In this document: in pieces, positions 9,513 to 18,342 of the stretch | Numbering within the stretch: position 1 is the stretch's first letter | Layout: each line of letters opens with the position of its first letter | From: Candidatus Yanofskybacteria bacterium | GTDB taxonomy: Bacteria > Patescibacteriota > Minisyncoccia > JACQLN01 | Assembly (NCBI GenBank): GCA_943359335.1 | Contig: CALRHC010000001.1 | Span: 22,466 to 86,465, forward strand | Reading direction: 5' to 3' | DNA: 64,000 bases | The notes under the pieces: model-generated | Seen by the model: only the letters and a program-made list of their open reading frames with translations | The model's database searches: none | What the model was told of the DNA's origin: nothing | Program-made: the position numbers and the translations under genes

Positions 9513-10616
9513 ATGTCAAATAGTGTTGATCGAAAGGTATACATAGGAATGTCGGGCGGGGTTGATAGCTCTGTTGCCGCTTTGTTGTTAAAAAACGAAG
9601 GCTATAATGTAACCGGTGTTTTTATGAAAAACTGGAGCGATCCAGCTTGGCCTTGCCCATGGGAAGAAGATCGCGCCGATGCTATGCGAGTTTGTTTAAA
9701 ACTTGGTATACCTTTCGAAACTTGGGATTTTACTAAAGAATACAAAGAAAAAGTTGTAGATTATATGATCCGCGAATACGCGGCCGGCCGAACGCCAAAC
9801 CCAGATGTAATGTGCAATAAAGAAATTAAGTTTGGTTTATTTTTTAATAAAGCCATAGAACTTGGTGCAGATTTTATTGCAACGGGACACTATGTGAGAA
9901 AAATCAAAAATCAAAAATCAAATCTCAAAAATTATGTACTCGCTCGCGCTCGCTATTTAGATAAGGATCAGTCTTACTTTCTTTGGACGCTCAAGCAGGG
10001 TCAGATAGAAAAATGTTTGTTTCCAATAGGCGAAATAGAATCTAAAGCCGAGGTTAGAAAAATTGCAGAAGGAGCAAGCCTGCCTACGGCAGGTAAAAAA
10101 GATTCGCAGGGAATTTGTTTTATGGGACCGGTAGATATAAAAGAATTTATAAAACCATTTGTTAAAAAAGAAATTGGCGATATTGTTACAACTTCTGGCC
10201 CTGGTCGGGCAAGCCAAAAAGTTGGCACGCATGGCGGTTTAGATTTTTATACTATCGGCCAACGCAAAGGTGTCGGCATTGGCGGCACGGGACCATATTA
10301 TGTTGCTAAAAAAGATTACGAAACTAATACACTAATTGTTTCACCTGTTACAGATATGCAATCATTGGAATCCAAATCGCTTACAGCTTCCGATATAAAT
10401 TTTATAGATGAGCGATTTGTCCCGAGTGCAGCCGAGGGAATCCAAATTCAAGCTTCTATTCGTTATCGCCAAGAACCAGTCTCGGCAGTATTGTCGAAAT
10501 TAGAAAACAATAAATACAAGGTAGAATTTGAAAAACCAGTTCGTGCCGTATCTTCCGGCCAATCAGTTGTGTTTTATAATGGAGACGAAATGTTGGGTGG
10601 TGGCGTGATAGAATAA
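9513..10616 (+). CDS. mnmA: tRNA 2-thiouridylase MnmA
   Basis: MSGGVDSS, TPNPDVMCN, ATGHY, KDQSYFL, YTIGQRKG. Confidence 0.97.
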   Translation: MSNSVDRKVYIGMSGGVDSSVAALLLKNEGYNVTGVFMKNWSDPAWPCPWEEDRADAMRVCLKLGIPFETWDFTKEYKEKVVDYMIREYAAGRTPNPDVMCNKEIKFGLFFNKAIELGADFIATGHYVRKIKNQKSNLKNYVLARARYLDKDQSYFLWTLKQGQIEKCLFPIGEIESKAEVRKIAEGASLPTAGKKDSQGICFMGPVDIKEFIKPFVKKEIGDIVTTSGPGRASQKVGTHGGLDFYTIGQRKGVGIGGTGPYYVAKKDYETNTLIVSPVTDMQSLESKSLTASDINFIDERFVPSAAEGIQIQASIRYRQEPVSAVLSKLENNKYKVEFEKPVRAVSSGQSVVFYNGDEMLGGGVIE

Positions 10617-10656
10617 TTTTGATTTTATTACCCATTTTCCGTTACAATAAAGCCAC

Positions 10657-12375
10657 ATGAATTCTCAAGAAATAAGACAGAGGTTTCTTAAATTTTTCCA
10701 AGAACAGGGGCATAAGGCTGTGCCGTCTAGTTCGCTTGTCCCAACCGATCCCTCGGTTCTTTTAACAACTGCAGGAATGCAGCAGTTTAAACCGTACTTT
10801 GTTGGTCAAAAAGATCCGCTAGCCGATTTTGGTTCTAAAAATACTGTGTCTGTTCAAAAATCTTTCCGCACTTCGGATATTGATGAGGTGGGCGATGAAA
10901 CCCACCTAACATTTTTCGAAATGTTAGGGAACTTTAGTTTTGGCGGGTATTTTAAAAAAGAAGCTATCCATTATGGTTATGAATTTATAACCAAAGAAAT
11001 GGGTCTCACTATCGATTACGTTAGTGTTTTTGAAGGAGACTCGGAAGTCCCAGCCGATACGGAATCGGAAGAAATTTGGAGATCTTTAGGAATTACAAAA
11101 ATAGAAAGATTCGGCAGAAAAGATAATTTTTGGGGTCCAACTGGTGCCGAAGGCCCATGTGGCCCAACCACAGAAATTTATGTTAACGGTGTAGAGGTTT
11201 GGAATATAGTTTTTAATGAATACTATATGAAGCCAGATAAAACTTTAGAACCCTTAAAACAAAAAGGCGTAGATACCGGTATGGGTTTAGATCGTTTAGC
11301 GGTTATGGTACAAGGTAAAAAAAATGTTTTTGAAACAGACTTATTAGAACCAATTTTAAAAATTTTGCCAGAGAGTATGGATTCTCGGCACAAGCGAATA
11401 ATAGCCGATCACTTACGTGCTTCTGTCTTTCTTTTAGCCGACGGTGTAATGCCTTCTAATAAGGATAGGGGTTATATTTTGCGCCGATTGTTGCGCCGAG
11501 CATTTACATACGAACATATATATAAATTTTCACCTCAAACTGGCGAATCTTTAATTATAGAAGTTATAAAAAAATATGGTGATTTTTATCCCGAACTACA
11601 AAATCAAAAAAATAATATTATAGATATATATTTTGGCGAGTGGCAAGGTTTTAAATCGGCTTTAGAACGCGGTTTAAAGGTTTTAGAAAAAGAGAATAGT
11701 ATAGATGCCGAAAAAGCTTTTAATTTTTATGAAACATATGGTTTGCCTTACGATATTATAAAAGAAATTGCCGGTGTTAAAGCAGAAAGTTTAACATTAG
11801 AGGGTTTTGATGAAGAGTTTAAAAAACACCAAGAAATTTCTCGTGCTGGGGCCGAAAAAAAGTTTGGCGGGCATGGCATGGTGGAAGGTGATTTGACTGC
11901 GTTAGATGCGGCCGAGATGAAAGTAAAAACCGGTTTGCATACAGTTACACATTTGTTGAATGCGGCGTTGCACAAAGTTTTGGGCGAAGAAGTTTCTCAG
12001 CGTGGATCCGATATAACCGCAGAAAGAACTCGTTTTGATTTTGTTTTTAATAGGAAACTAACCGATGAAGAAATTAAAAAAGTAGAAGATTTGGTAAACG
12101 AAGCTATCTCAGCCAACTACCCAGTTAAAATAGAAACCATGCCACTGGAGGATGCTAAAAAATCTGGCGCTTTATATTTTTATAAAGGTAATTTTCCAGA
12201 AATGGTTAAGGTTTATTCTTTCGGTCCTTCGGCAGACTCAGGATCTCCTTTCAGTCGAGAAATATGTGGTGGTCCACATGTTTCAAGTACTGGAGAAATT
12301 GTAGGAAAATTTAGAATAATCAAAGAGGAAAGTTCAAGCGCAGGTATTCGCAGGATTAGAGCTACTGTGGAATAG
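10657..12375 (+). CDS. alaS: Alanine--tRNA ligase (short form without C-Ala domain)
   Basis: AGMQQFKP, FFEMLGNFSFG, DTGMGLDRL, HTVTHLL, EICGGPH, GIRRI. Confidence 0.96.
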   Translation: MNSQEIRQRFLKFFQEQGHKAVPSSSLVPTDPSVLLTTAGMQQFKPYFVGQKDPLADFGSKNTVSVQKSFRTSDIDEVGDETHLTFFEMLGNFSFGGYFKKEAIHYGYEFITKEMGLTIDYVSVFEGDSEVPADTESEEIWRSLGITKIERFGRKDNFWGPTGAEGPCGPTTEIYVNGVEVWNIVFNEYYMKPDKTLEPLKQKGVDTGMGLDRLAVMVQGKKNVFETDLLEPILKILPESMDSRHKRIIADHLRASVFLLADGVMPSNKDRGYILRRLLRRAFTYEHIYKFSPQTGESLIIEVIKKYGDFYPELQNQKNNIIDIYFGEWQGFKSALERGLKVLEKENSIDAEKAFNFYETYGLPYDIIKEIAGVKAESLTLEGFDEEFKKHQEISRAGAEKKFGGHGMVEGDLTALDAAEMKVKTGLHTVTHLLNAALHKVLGEEVSQRGSDITAERTRFDFVFNRKLTDEEIKKVEDLVNEAISANYPVKIETMPLEDAKKSGALYFYKGNFPEMVKVYSFGPSADSGSPFSREICGGPHVSSTGEIVGKFRIIKEESSSAGIRRIRATVE

Positions 12376-12409
12376 ATTTTGTTTAAATGTAGTATAATAT
12401 AAGGCAAAC

Positions 12410-14113
12410 ATGTCAAAAGAAAATATATATATAGAACTCCACGAAGATATTCAATCGGCAGTTGAAAAAATACAATCTTCCGAAGCCGACACAATAGACC
12501 TAGTAATTCCAACAGGCGCTAGAATATTACAAAATATAGTAGATGCCCATTTAATAAAAGATGTTGCCGATGAATGTGACAAAGATTTAACCGTGATTAC
12601 AAGTGATCTTATGGGTAAAATTTTTGCAGAACGTGCTGGGTTAGCCGTTACTGGTTTAAATGGTGCCGAGGAATCGGGTGTAGTAGTTTCTCAGGCAATA
12701 TCATCTACCGGTAGAATTAGCGATATTATTCCAAGAAAAAGAGGAATACCAATAGGAATATCTTCCGAAAAAAAACAACAAGCAGTTTTAACCGCTAGAA
12801 CAAAAACCGTGGCAAGGTCTTCTGGTGGTTCTAGATCTAACGATAAAAAAGCAGAAGATTTTTATTTAAAGAAAAATAAAGGTGAAAATGGTGCGAGTTT
12901 TTTAAAATCATACAGAGAAGAACGTTCCAAAGCGAATGTTTTTGGTAATTTAAGTAAAATAAATCATAAAAAGTTTTTAAGCCCTAGTTCTTTTGTAGGG
13001 CTTATTGTTTTTGTAGCACTAGCAGTTTCTTTTGTTGTATTTAGCCAAGTTTTACCAAAGGCAGATATTTTGGTATATCCAGCACGTGAAGCAAAAAATG
13101 GAAGCATAGAAGTTTTTATTTCTGGGAAAGATTCTAAAACAGATTTAGAAAAAGGTATAATCCCTGGCGAACTTTTAACGAGCGAAAAAATGGAAAGTAT
13201 CGAATCTCCAGCAACAGGTACCCAAAGTTCTTCTGGTAAGGCACGAGGCAAGATAACTATATATAATACTTATTCAACACAGGCTCAAAAATTTGTATCT
13301 TCGAGATTTCAATCGGAAAGTGGAAAAATATTTTGGACAGTATCTAGTGTTAGTGTTCCTGGGTACACCACAAAGAGCGGGAAAATAGTTCCCGGAGAAA
13401 TTACAACCGATGTTGTAGCAGCCGAAGGTGGGGATTCTTATAATATTGCCTCTTCCAAATTTACAATGCCCGCATTTAAAGGTACTGCTAAGGGAGATAA
13501 AATTTATGCTGTATCTAAAGAAGCTATGACAGGTGGCGGAGCCAATGGAGCCAAAATTGTTTCAACTAATGACGCTACAAATGCATACGATAGCTTAAAA
13601 GAAGAAATAAAACCTCAGTTTGATTCTTTTAAACAAAATTTACCACAAGGTTTTAGTTTTTGGCCCGAAGCCTATAACGAAGAATTGGCTTCGAGTTCTG
13701 TTTCTCCGGAAGTTGGTTCGGTTGCCGAAAAATTTACAGCTACTGTAAAAATGGTGGCTAGAACGATTGTATTTAAAAACGACGATCTAGATTTATACAT
13801 AAACAAAAGAATCTCTAAAGATATAGACGAAAATAAAACATTGTTAACTAGTTCTAAAGATGTTTCTTTCTTAAAACAACCACTTGTCGATTACCAAAAA
13901 GGTACGGTTTCTGCGACTCTAAATGTTAAATACGATGTAATGGATGACTTTAATATAGATTCTTTCAAGAAAAGTATATTAAATAAAAAGAAAACAAACA
14001 TCGATATCGCCGATTATAAAGCCGACCGCATAGAAGTTAACCTTTGGCCGTTCTGGGTGAGGTCTATTCCATCTAATCCGGATAGGGTAAATGTGACCAT
14101 TGTAGGGCTTTAA
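12410..14113 (+). CDS. Conserved membrane-anchored protein with baseplate J-like region
   Basis: Central TM; KARGKITIYN, AAEGGDSYNI, AMTGG, PFWVRSIP pattern typical of CPR. Confidence 0.6.
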   Translation: MSKENIYIELHEDIQSAVEKIQSSEADTIDLVIPTGARILQNIVDAHLIKDVADECDKDLTVITSDLMGKIFAERAGLAVTGLNGAEESGVVVSQAISSTGRISDIIPRKRGIPIGISSEKKQQAVLTARTKTVARSSGGSRSNDKKAEDFYLKKNKGENGASFLKSYREERSKANVFGNLSKINHKKFLSPSSFVGLIVFVALAVSFVVFSQVLPKADILVYPAREAKNGSIEVFISGKDSKTDLEKGIIPGELLTSEKMESIESPATGTQSSSGKARGKITIYNTYSTQAQKFVSSRFQSESGKIFWTVSSVSVPGYTTKSGKIVPGEITTDVVAAEGGDSYNIASSKFTMPAFKGTAKGDKIYAVSKEAMTGGGANGAKIVSTNDATNAYDSLKEEIKPQFDSFKQNLPQGFSFWPEAYNEELASSSVSPEVGSVAEKFTATVKMVARTIVFKNDDLDLYINKRISKDIDENKTLLTSSKDVSFLKQPLVDYQKGTVSATLNVKYDVMDDFNIDSFKKSILNKKKTNIDIADYKADRIEVNLWPFWVRSIPSNPDRVNVTIVGL

Positions 14114-14189
14114 ATACCCTTGTTTTAAGCCATTATTTTATTGTTGACGCCACTGTTTCTATTTGTTATACTCTTGCAGTTACTAAATA

Positions 14190-14405
14190 ATGAAAAAGGA
14201 TGCTATCCGAAAGGAAGGAGTCGTATTAGAGGCTCTTCCAAGTGCCATGTTTAAGGTTCAATTAGACGATGGTACGGAGGTATTAGCCCATCTTTCAGGA
14301 AAGATGAGGTTGAATTTTATTCGTATTCTCCCTGGAGATAAAGTTGCTATGGAATTCTCTCCATACGACCCAAAAAGAGGTAGAATAGTGTATAGAGGAA
14401 GATAG
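14190..14405 (+). CDS. infA: Translation initiation factor IF-1
   Basis: [29 protein letters not shown]. Confidence 0.98.
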   Translation: MKKDAIRKEGVVLEALPSAMFKVQLDDGTEVLAHLSGKMRLNFIRILPGDKVAMEFSPYDPKRGRIVYRGR

Positions 14406-14479
14406 ATTTATTTACACTGTAATTAAGATGATCTTTATTAAAAGATAAGGATTGTTTCTTTGCTGTTTGCAAATTAAAA

Positions 14480-14596
14480 ATGAAAGTTCAACCATCAGTT
14501 AAAAAAATATGCAATAAGTGTAAGACCGTTCGACGTAAGGGTAGAATTTACGTTATTTGTTCTAATCCTAAACATAAACAGCGTCAAGGCGCTTAG
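14480..14596 (+). CDS. rpmJ: 50S ribosomal protein L36 (not in ORF track)
   Basis: Manual translation [38 protein letters not shown]. Confidence 0.97.
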   Translation: MKVQPSVKKICNKCKTVRRKGRIYVICSNPKHKQRQGA

Positions 14597-14597
14597 T

Positions 14598-14656
14598 CTT
14601 GAAACTCGCAACTTGTAGCTTGTAACTCAAAAAGTTTCAAGCTTCAGGTTACAAGG
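14598..14656 (+). repeat. Intergenic hairpin of ~7-nt tandem units (AACTTGT/GTTACAA type)
   Basis: CTTGAAACTCGCAACTTGTAGCTTGTAACT...AGTTTCAAGCTTCAGGTTACAAG. Confidence 0.6.
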
Positions 14657-14668
14657 TATAAGATTTAT

Positions 14669-15055
14669 ATGAGAATTGCAGGTATAAACATTCCAGATAA
14701 CAAAAGAGTAGAAGTCGCTTTGACTTATATTTTTGGCGTTGGTTTAACACTTTCTAAAGGTATTTTAAAAGCTACAAAAATAGATCCAGATAAAAGAGCT
14801 AAAGATTTAACTTCGGACGAAGCTAATAAGATTAAAGAATACGTTGAAAAGAATTTTAAAATAGAAGGAGAATTAAAAAGAGAAATAACTCAGAATATAA
14901 AAAGAAAGAAAGATATTGGTTCGTATCAGGGAATAAGGCATATGCGTGGTTTGCCAGTTCGTGGCCAGCAAACAAAAACAAATAACAGAACCAGAAGAGG
15001 GAATACAAGAAAGACTATGGGTTCTGGCAGAAAACCATCAGCACAGAAAACATAG
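14669..15055 (+). CDS. rpsM: 30S ribosomal protein S13
   Basis: [20 protein letters not shown]. Confidence 0.98.
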   Translation: MRIAGINIPDNKRVEVALTYIFGVGLTLSKGILKATKIDPDKRAKDLTSDEANKIKEYVEKNFKIEGELKREITQNIKRKKDIGSYQGIRHMRGLPVRGQQTKTNNRTRRGNTRKTMGSGRKPSAQKT

Positions 15056-15082
15056 ACCTAGCTTTAATATATAAATATTCAA

Positions 15083-15520
15083 ATGGGTAAAAAAAGAATT
15101 ATAGAAAAAGAGGAAAAGACAGGTGAAGCTTCAGAGGCTAAAGCTGCTCCAGCACAGAGCCGTAAGGTTGGTGCTGTAGAAAAGGGTAGGGTTTATATTC
15201 AGGCTAGCTATAACAATACTTTAATTAGTTTCACAGATGATGGAGGAAACTTGATTGCTCAGTCTTCAGCTGGAGCCTTAGGTTTTAAAGGACCAAGAAA
15301 AGCTACTCCATATGCTGCTAATAGAATAATCGAAACTTTGGGAGAAAAAATGAAGAAGGTTGGTTTAAGGGATGTAGTGGTTTTTGTAAAAGGCATTGGC
15401 TCTGGTAGAGAAGCTGCAGTTAGAGCTTTAGTAGGACAAGGTTTAAATGTTACTTCTATAAAAGATGTAACCCCTGTACCGCATAATGGCCCTAAGCCAC
15501 CTAAACCAAGAAGGGTATAA
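15083..15520 (+). CDS. rpsK: 30S ribosomal protein S11
   Basis: ASYNNT, GFKGPRKATPYAA, DVTPVPHNG. Confidence 0.98.
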   Translation: MGKKRIIEKEEKTGEASEAKAAPAQSRKVGAVEKGRVYIQASYNNTLISFTDDGGNLIAQSSAGALGFKGPRKATPYAANRIIETLGEKMKKVGLRDVVVFVKGIGSGREAAVRALVGQGLNVTSIKDVTPVPHNGPKPPKPRRV

Positions 15521-15526
15521 ATCATC

Positions 15527-15598
15527 AGCTTCACTAGCTTCATTAGCTTATTAGGATATCAAACCTAAAAACTAAAGAAGCTAAAAGCTAAAAGCTAA
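15527..15598 (+). repeat. Gene-less AGCT-unit hairpin (rpsK-rpsD junction)
   Basis: AGCTTCACTAGCTTCATTAGCTTATTAGG-atatcaaa-CCTAAAAACTAAAGAAGCTAAAAGCTAAAAGCTAA. Confidence 0.85.
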
Positions 15599-15600
15599 AC

Positions 15601-16206
15601 ATGTATCAATCAACTTGTAAAAAATGCAGAAGACTAGGTTATAAGGTGTGTGATTCCGCTAAATGCGGTATGGTTCGCAAACCTTATCCACCAGGACAGC
15701 ACGGAAAAAATATTCGTCGCCGTCTTTCTGAATATGGAACCCAGCAAGCCGAAAAACAAAAGCTTAAACTTATTTATGGTTTAAGAGAAAAACAATTTAA
15801 AAAATATTTTGATACGGCTTCTAAAAAAAGCGGTATTACTCCTCAAATAATGATGGAGCTTTTAGAACGAAGATTAGACAATGTTATTTTTAGATTAGGA
15901 CTTGCTCCAACCAGACGTGCCTCAAGGCAATTAGTTGGGCATGGTCATATCACAATAAATAGCAAAAAGGTTAGCTCACCGTCTTATTCTGTGAGCCCAG
16001 GGGAATTAATAGATATTAAAGAATCCAGCAAAGCTAAAAAGACTTTTTCTGAAACCAAAACAATTTTAAAGAAATTTAATCCACCAAGATGGTTAGAGTT
16101 AGATAAAGAAAATCTTTCCGGAAAAGTGATTAGCGTACCAGATAAAGAATTTTTAGCTGGATTACCGGTAGAGGTTTCAAAAGTTTTGGAATATTATTCA
16201 AGATAA
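15601..16206 (+). CDS. rpsD: 30S ribosomal protein S4
   Basis: PPGQHG, LERRLDNVIFRLG, EYYSR. Confidence 0.98.
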   Translation: MYQSTCKKCRRLGYKVCDSAKCGMVRKPYPPGQHGKNIRRRLSEYGTQQAEKQKLKLIYGLREKQFKKYFDTASKKSGITPQIMMELLERRLDNVIFRLGLAPTRRASRQLVGHGHITINSKKVSSPSYSVSPGELIDIKESSKAKKTFSETKTILKKFNPPRWLELDKENLSGKVISVPDKEFLAGLPVEVSKVLEYYSR

Positions 16207-16269
16207 TAAATTAATAAATAATTCCGATCTAGCTTTGCCAAGTGGCTAACCTGGACGGTTATAAAAAAC

Positions 16270-17016
16270 ATGCAAAAATTTTCACTACCACAGTCACCAA
16301 AGATAGTAAAAAAAGATGGTAATTCAGCAGTCATTGAAGTTGACTCTCTTTACCCAGGATACGGCACAACTTTAGGCAATGCTTTGCGTAGAGTTCTTTT
16401 GTCGTCTATTCCGGGAGCTGCTATTACAACCGTAAAAATAACTGGAGTCGATCATGAGTTTTCTACTATCCCTAATGTAATGGAAGATGTTATTCATATT
16501 CTTTTAAATTTAAAACAGGTAAGATTTAAACTTTTTAAGGACGAAGCTATAACAATCAAATTATCTGTGAAAGGGGAAAAAAAGGTTACTGCAGCCGATT
16601 TTCAAACAATTGGCGGTGAGGTGGAAATCGTAAACACCGATGCTTATATTGCTACTCTTACCGATAAAAAAGCTAGCTTAGAAATAGAAGCTGAAATTAC
16701 TCCAGGCGTAGGTTACGAACCAATCGAAAGAAGAAAGAAAGATAAAATTGCTATTGGTAGTATTGCACTTGATGCTATCTATACTCCAGTTAGAAAGGTA
16801 ATGTTTAGCGCAGAAAATATGCGCGTAGGCGACAGGACAGATTTTAATAAATTAGTTTTTGAAATAGAAACAGACGGTTCTATAAGGCCGGAAGAAGCTT
16901 TTAAAAAAGCTGTAGATATTTTAGATGAACACATTAAAATTTTAGGTGAAATAGAAATTACCGAAGAAGAGGAAGTAAAGAAGGTGTCTAAGAAATCTAA
17001 AAAATCCGAAGAATAA
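16270..17016 (+). CDS. rpoA: RNA polymerase alpha subunit (no CTD)
   Basis: GYGTTLGNALRRVLLSS, HEFSTIP, RVGDRTDF; ends at 248 aa. Confidence 0.95.
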   Translation: MQKFSLPQSPKIVKKDGNSAVIEVDSLYPGYGTTLGNALRRVLLSSIPGAAITTVKITGVDHEFSTIPNVMEDVIHILLNLKQVRFKLFKDEAITIKLSVKGEKKVTAADFQTIGGEVEIVNTDAYIATLTDKKASLEIEAEITPGVGYEPIERRKKDKIAIGSIALDAIYTPVRKVMFSAENMRVGDRTDFNKLVFEIETDGSIRPEEAFKKAVDILDEHIKILGEIEITEEEEVKKVSKKSKKSEE

Positions 17017-17021
17017 AAAAT

Positions 17022-17372
17022 ATGCGACACGTATCTAAGAAAGGCAGAAAATTCGGCAGGGTAAAGAAAGTAAGAAAGGCTTTGTTAAAGAGCTTGTGTT
17101 TAGCTTTGATTTTAAGAGGTAGAATCAGGACCACCGAAGCTAAAGCTAAAGAATTAGGTACGGTTATTTCACCATTTATCACTAAGGCTAGAAAAGGAGG
17201 ACTTGCCAATATAAAACTTATTGCTAAATTTTTACCAGAACAAGCTGTTAGTAAGTTAGTTAAAGAAATTGGTCCTAAGTATCAAGATAGAAACGGCGGA
17301 TACACCAGAATAATTAAATTGGGAGAAATGAGAAAAGACGGCGCTAGAATGTGTTTAATTGAATTTGTTTAG
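17022..17372 (+). CDS. rplQ: 50S ribosomal protein L17
   Basis: MRH, IRTTEAKAKE, RNGGYTRI. Confidence 0.97.
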   Translation: MRHVSKKGRKFGRVKKVRKALLKSLCLALILRGRIRTTEAKAKELGTVISPFITKARKGGLANIKLIAKFLPEQAVSKLVKEIGPKYQDRNGGYTRIIKLGEMRKDGARMCLIEFV

Positions 17373-17390
17373 ACCACGTAAAATACAAAC

Positions 17391-17765
17391 ATGAAAACAA
17401 ACAAAGAATACAAATTTGATGCAAAAGGAAAAATACTTGGTAGACTCGCTACCGAAGTGGCTTTGGTTTTGCGTGGCAAGGACGGTGCTGATTTTTCTCC
17501 TAATATGCCAGATCTAAGCAGAAAAGTAACTGTTTATAATACCGATGAATTAAAATTTACTGGTAATAAGCTGGAAGACAAAAAATATCATGTTTATTCT
17601 GGCTACCCAAGCGGTATTAGAACAAGAAGACTAGAAGAACAGATGGAAAGAGATTCCAGGGAAGTTTTAAAATTGGCGGTTTATGGTATGTTACCGAAAA
17701 ACAGATTAAGAAACAGATTTATTGCCAATTTAAAATTATTAAAAAAGGGATTAAAAGGCGAATAA
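17391..17765 (+). CDS. rplM: 50S ribosomal protein L13
   Basis: DAKGKILGRLA, SGYPSG, AVYGMLPKN. Confidence 0.96.
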   Translation: MKTNKEYKFDAKGKILGRLATEVALVLRGKDGADFSPNMPDLSRKVTVYNTDELKFTGNKLEDKKYHVYSGYPSGIRTRRLEEQMERDSREVLKLAVYGMLPKNRLRNRFIANLKLLKKGLKGE

Positions 17766-17771
17766 AATAAT

Positions 17772-18287
17772 ATGGCTACAAAAGTACAAGAAAAAGAAAA
17801 AATCGAAGAGGTTGTTGAGGATTTAGATACCGAAAAGGAAGAGGCTACTGTTTTTAATACAGATAAAAAAGATTCTAAAAAATATTTTGAAGCAGTTGGC
17901 CGTAGAAAACGATCTATCGCTAGAGTCAGAATTTTTACAACTAACCCTAAAGAATCTGCTTCGCAAGGAGGTTTTGTTGTTAACGATAAAACATTAAAAG
18001 ATTATTTTGGTAGCACCCCAGCTTTTGTGGAAATGGCTTTAGAATCTTTGAACCGATTAAAAGCCTCCGATCATTTTAAAGTTTCGGTTAAGGTTAATGG
18101 TGGCGGAACAAATTCGCAAGCCGAAGCTATTCGTTTAGGTATTGCTCGGGCTTTGGTTAAATTCGATCTAAATTTTAGAAAGAAACTTAAAAAATCTGGA
18201 ATGTTACGCCGCGATCCACGTGAAAAAGAACGCCGCAAGTATGGTTTGAAGAAAGCTCGAAGAGCTCCGCAATTTTCAAAACGTTAA
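17772..18287 (+). CDS. rpsI: 30S ribosomal protein S9
   Basis: GRRKRSIARV, QAEAIRLGIARAL, KKARRAPQFSKR. Confidence 0.98.
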   Translation: MATKVQEKEKIEEVVEDLDTEKEEATVFNTDKKDSKKYFEAVGRRKRSIARVRIFTTNPKESASQGGFVVNDKTLKDYFGSTPAFVEMALESLNRLKASDHFKVSVKVNGGGTNSQAEAIRLGIARALVKFDLNFRKKLKKSGMLRRDPREKERRKYGLKKARRAPQFSKR

Positions 18288-18299
18288 GTCTATATACAA

Positions 18300-18334
18300 A
18301 AAAACAGCTCCGATCGATATCGGAGCTGTTTTTT
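18300..18334. terminator. Bidirectional terminator hairpin
   Basis: AAAAACAGCTCCGAT-cgat-ATCGGAGCTGTTTTT between convergent genes. Confidence 0.85.
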
Positions 18335-18342
18335 ATTACTTA

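Noticed and set aside
10657-12375. Short AlaRS (and ProRS 25212-26462) as pseudogenes
   Set aside because: Frames and catalytic motifs are intact; compact forms are usual in reduced genomes
12410-14113. Prophage or tailocin suggested by baseplate J-like protein
   Set aside because: No other phage structural genes; membrane-anchored and in housekeeping context, a common CPR gene
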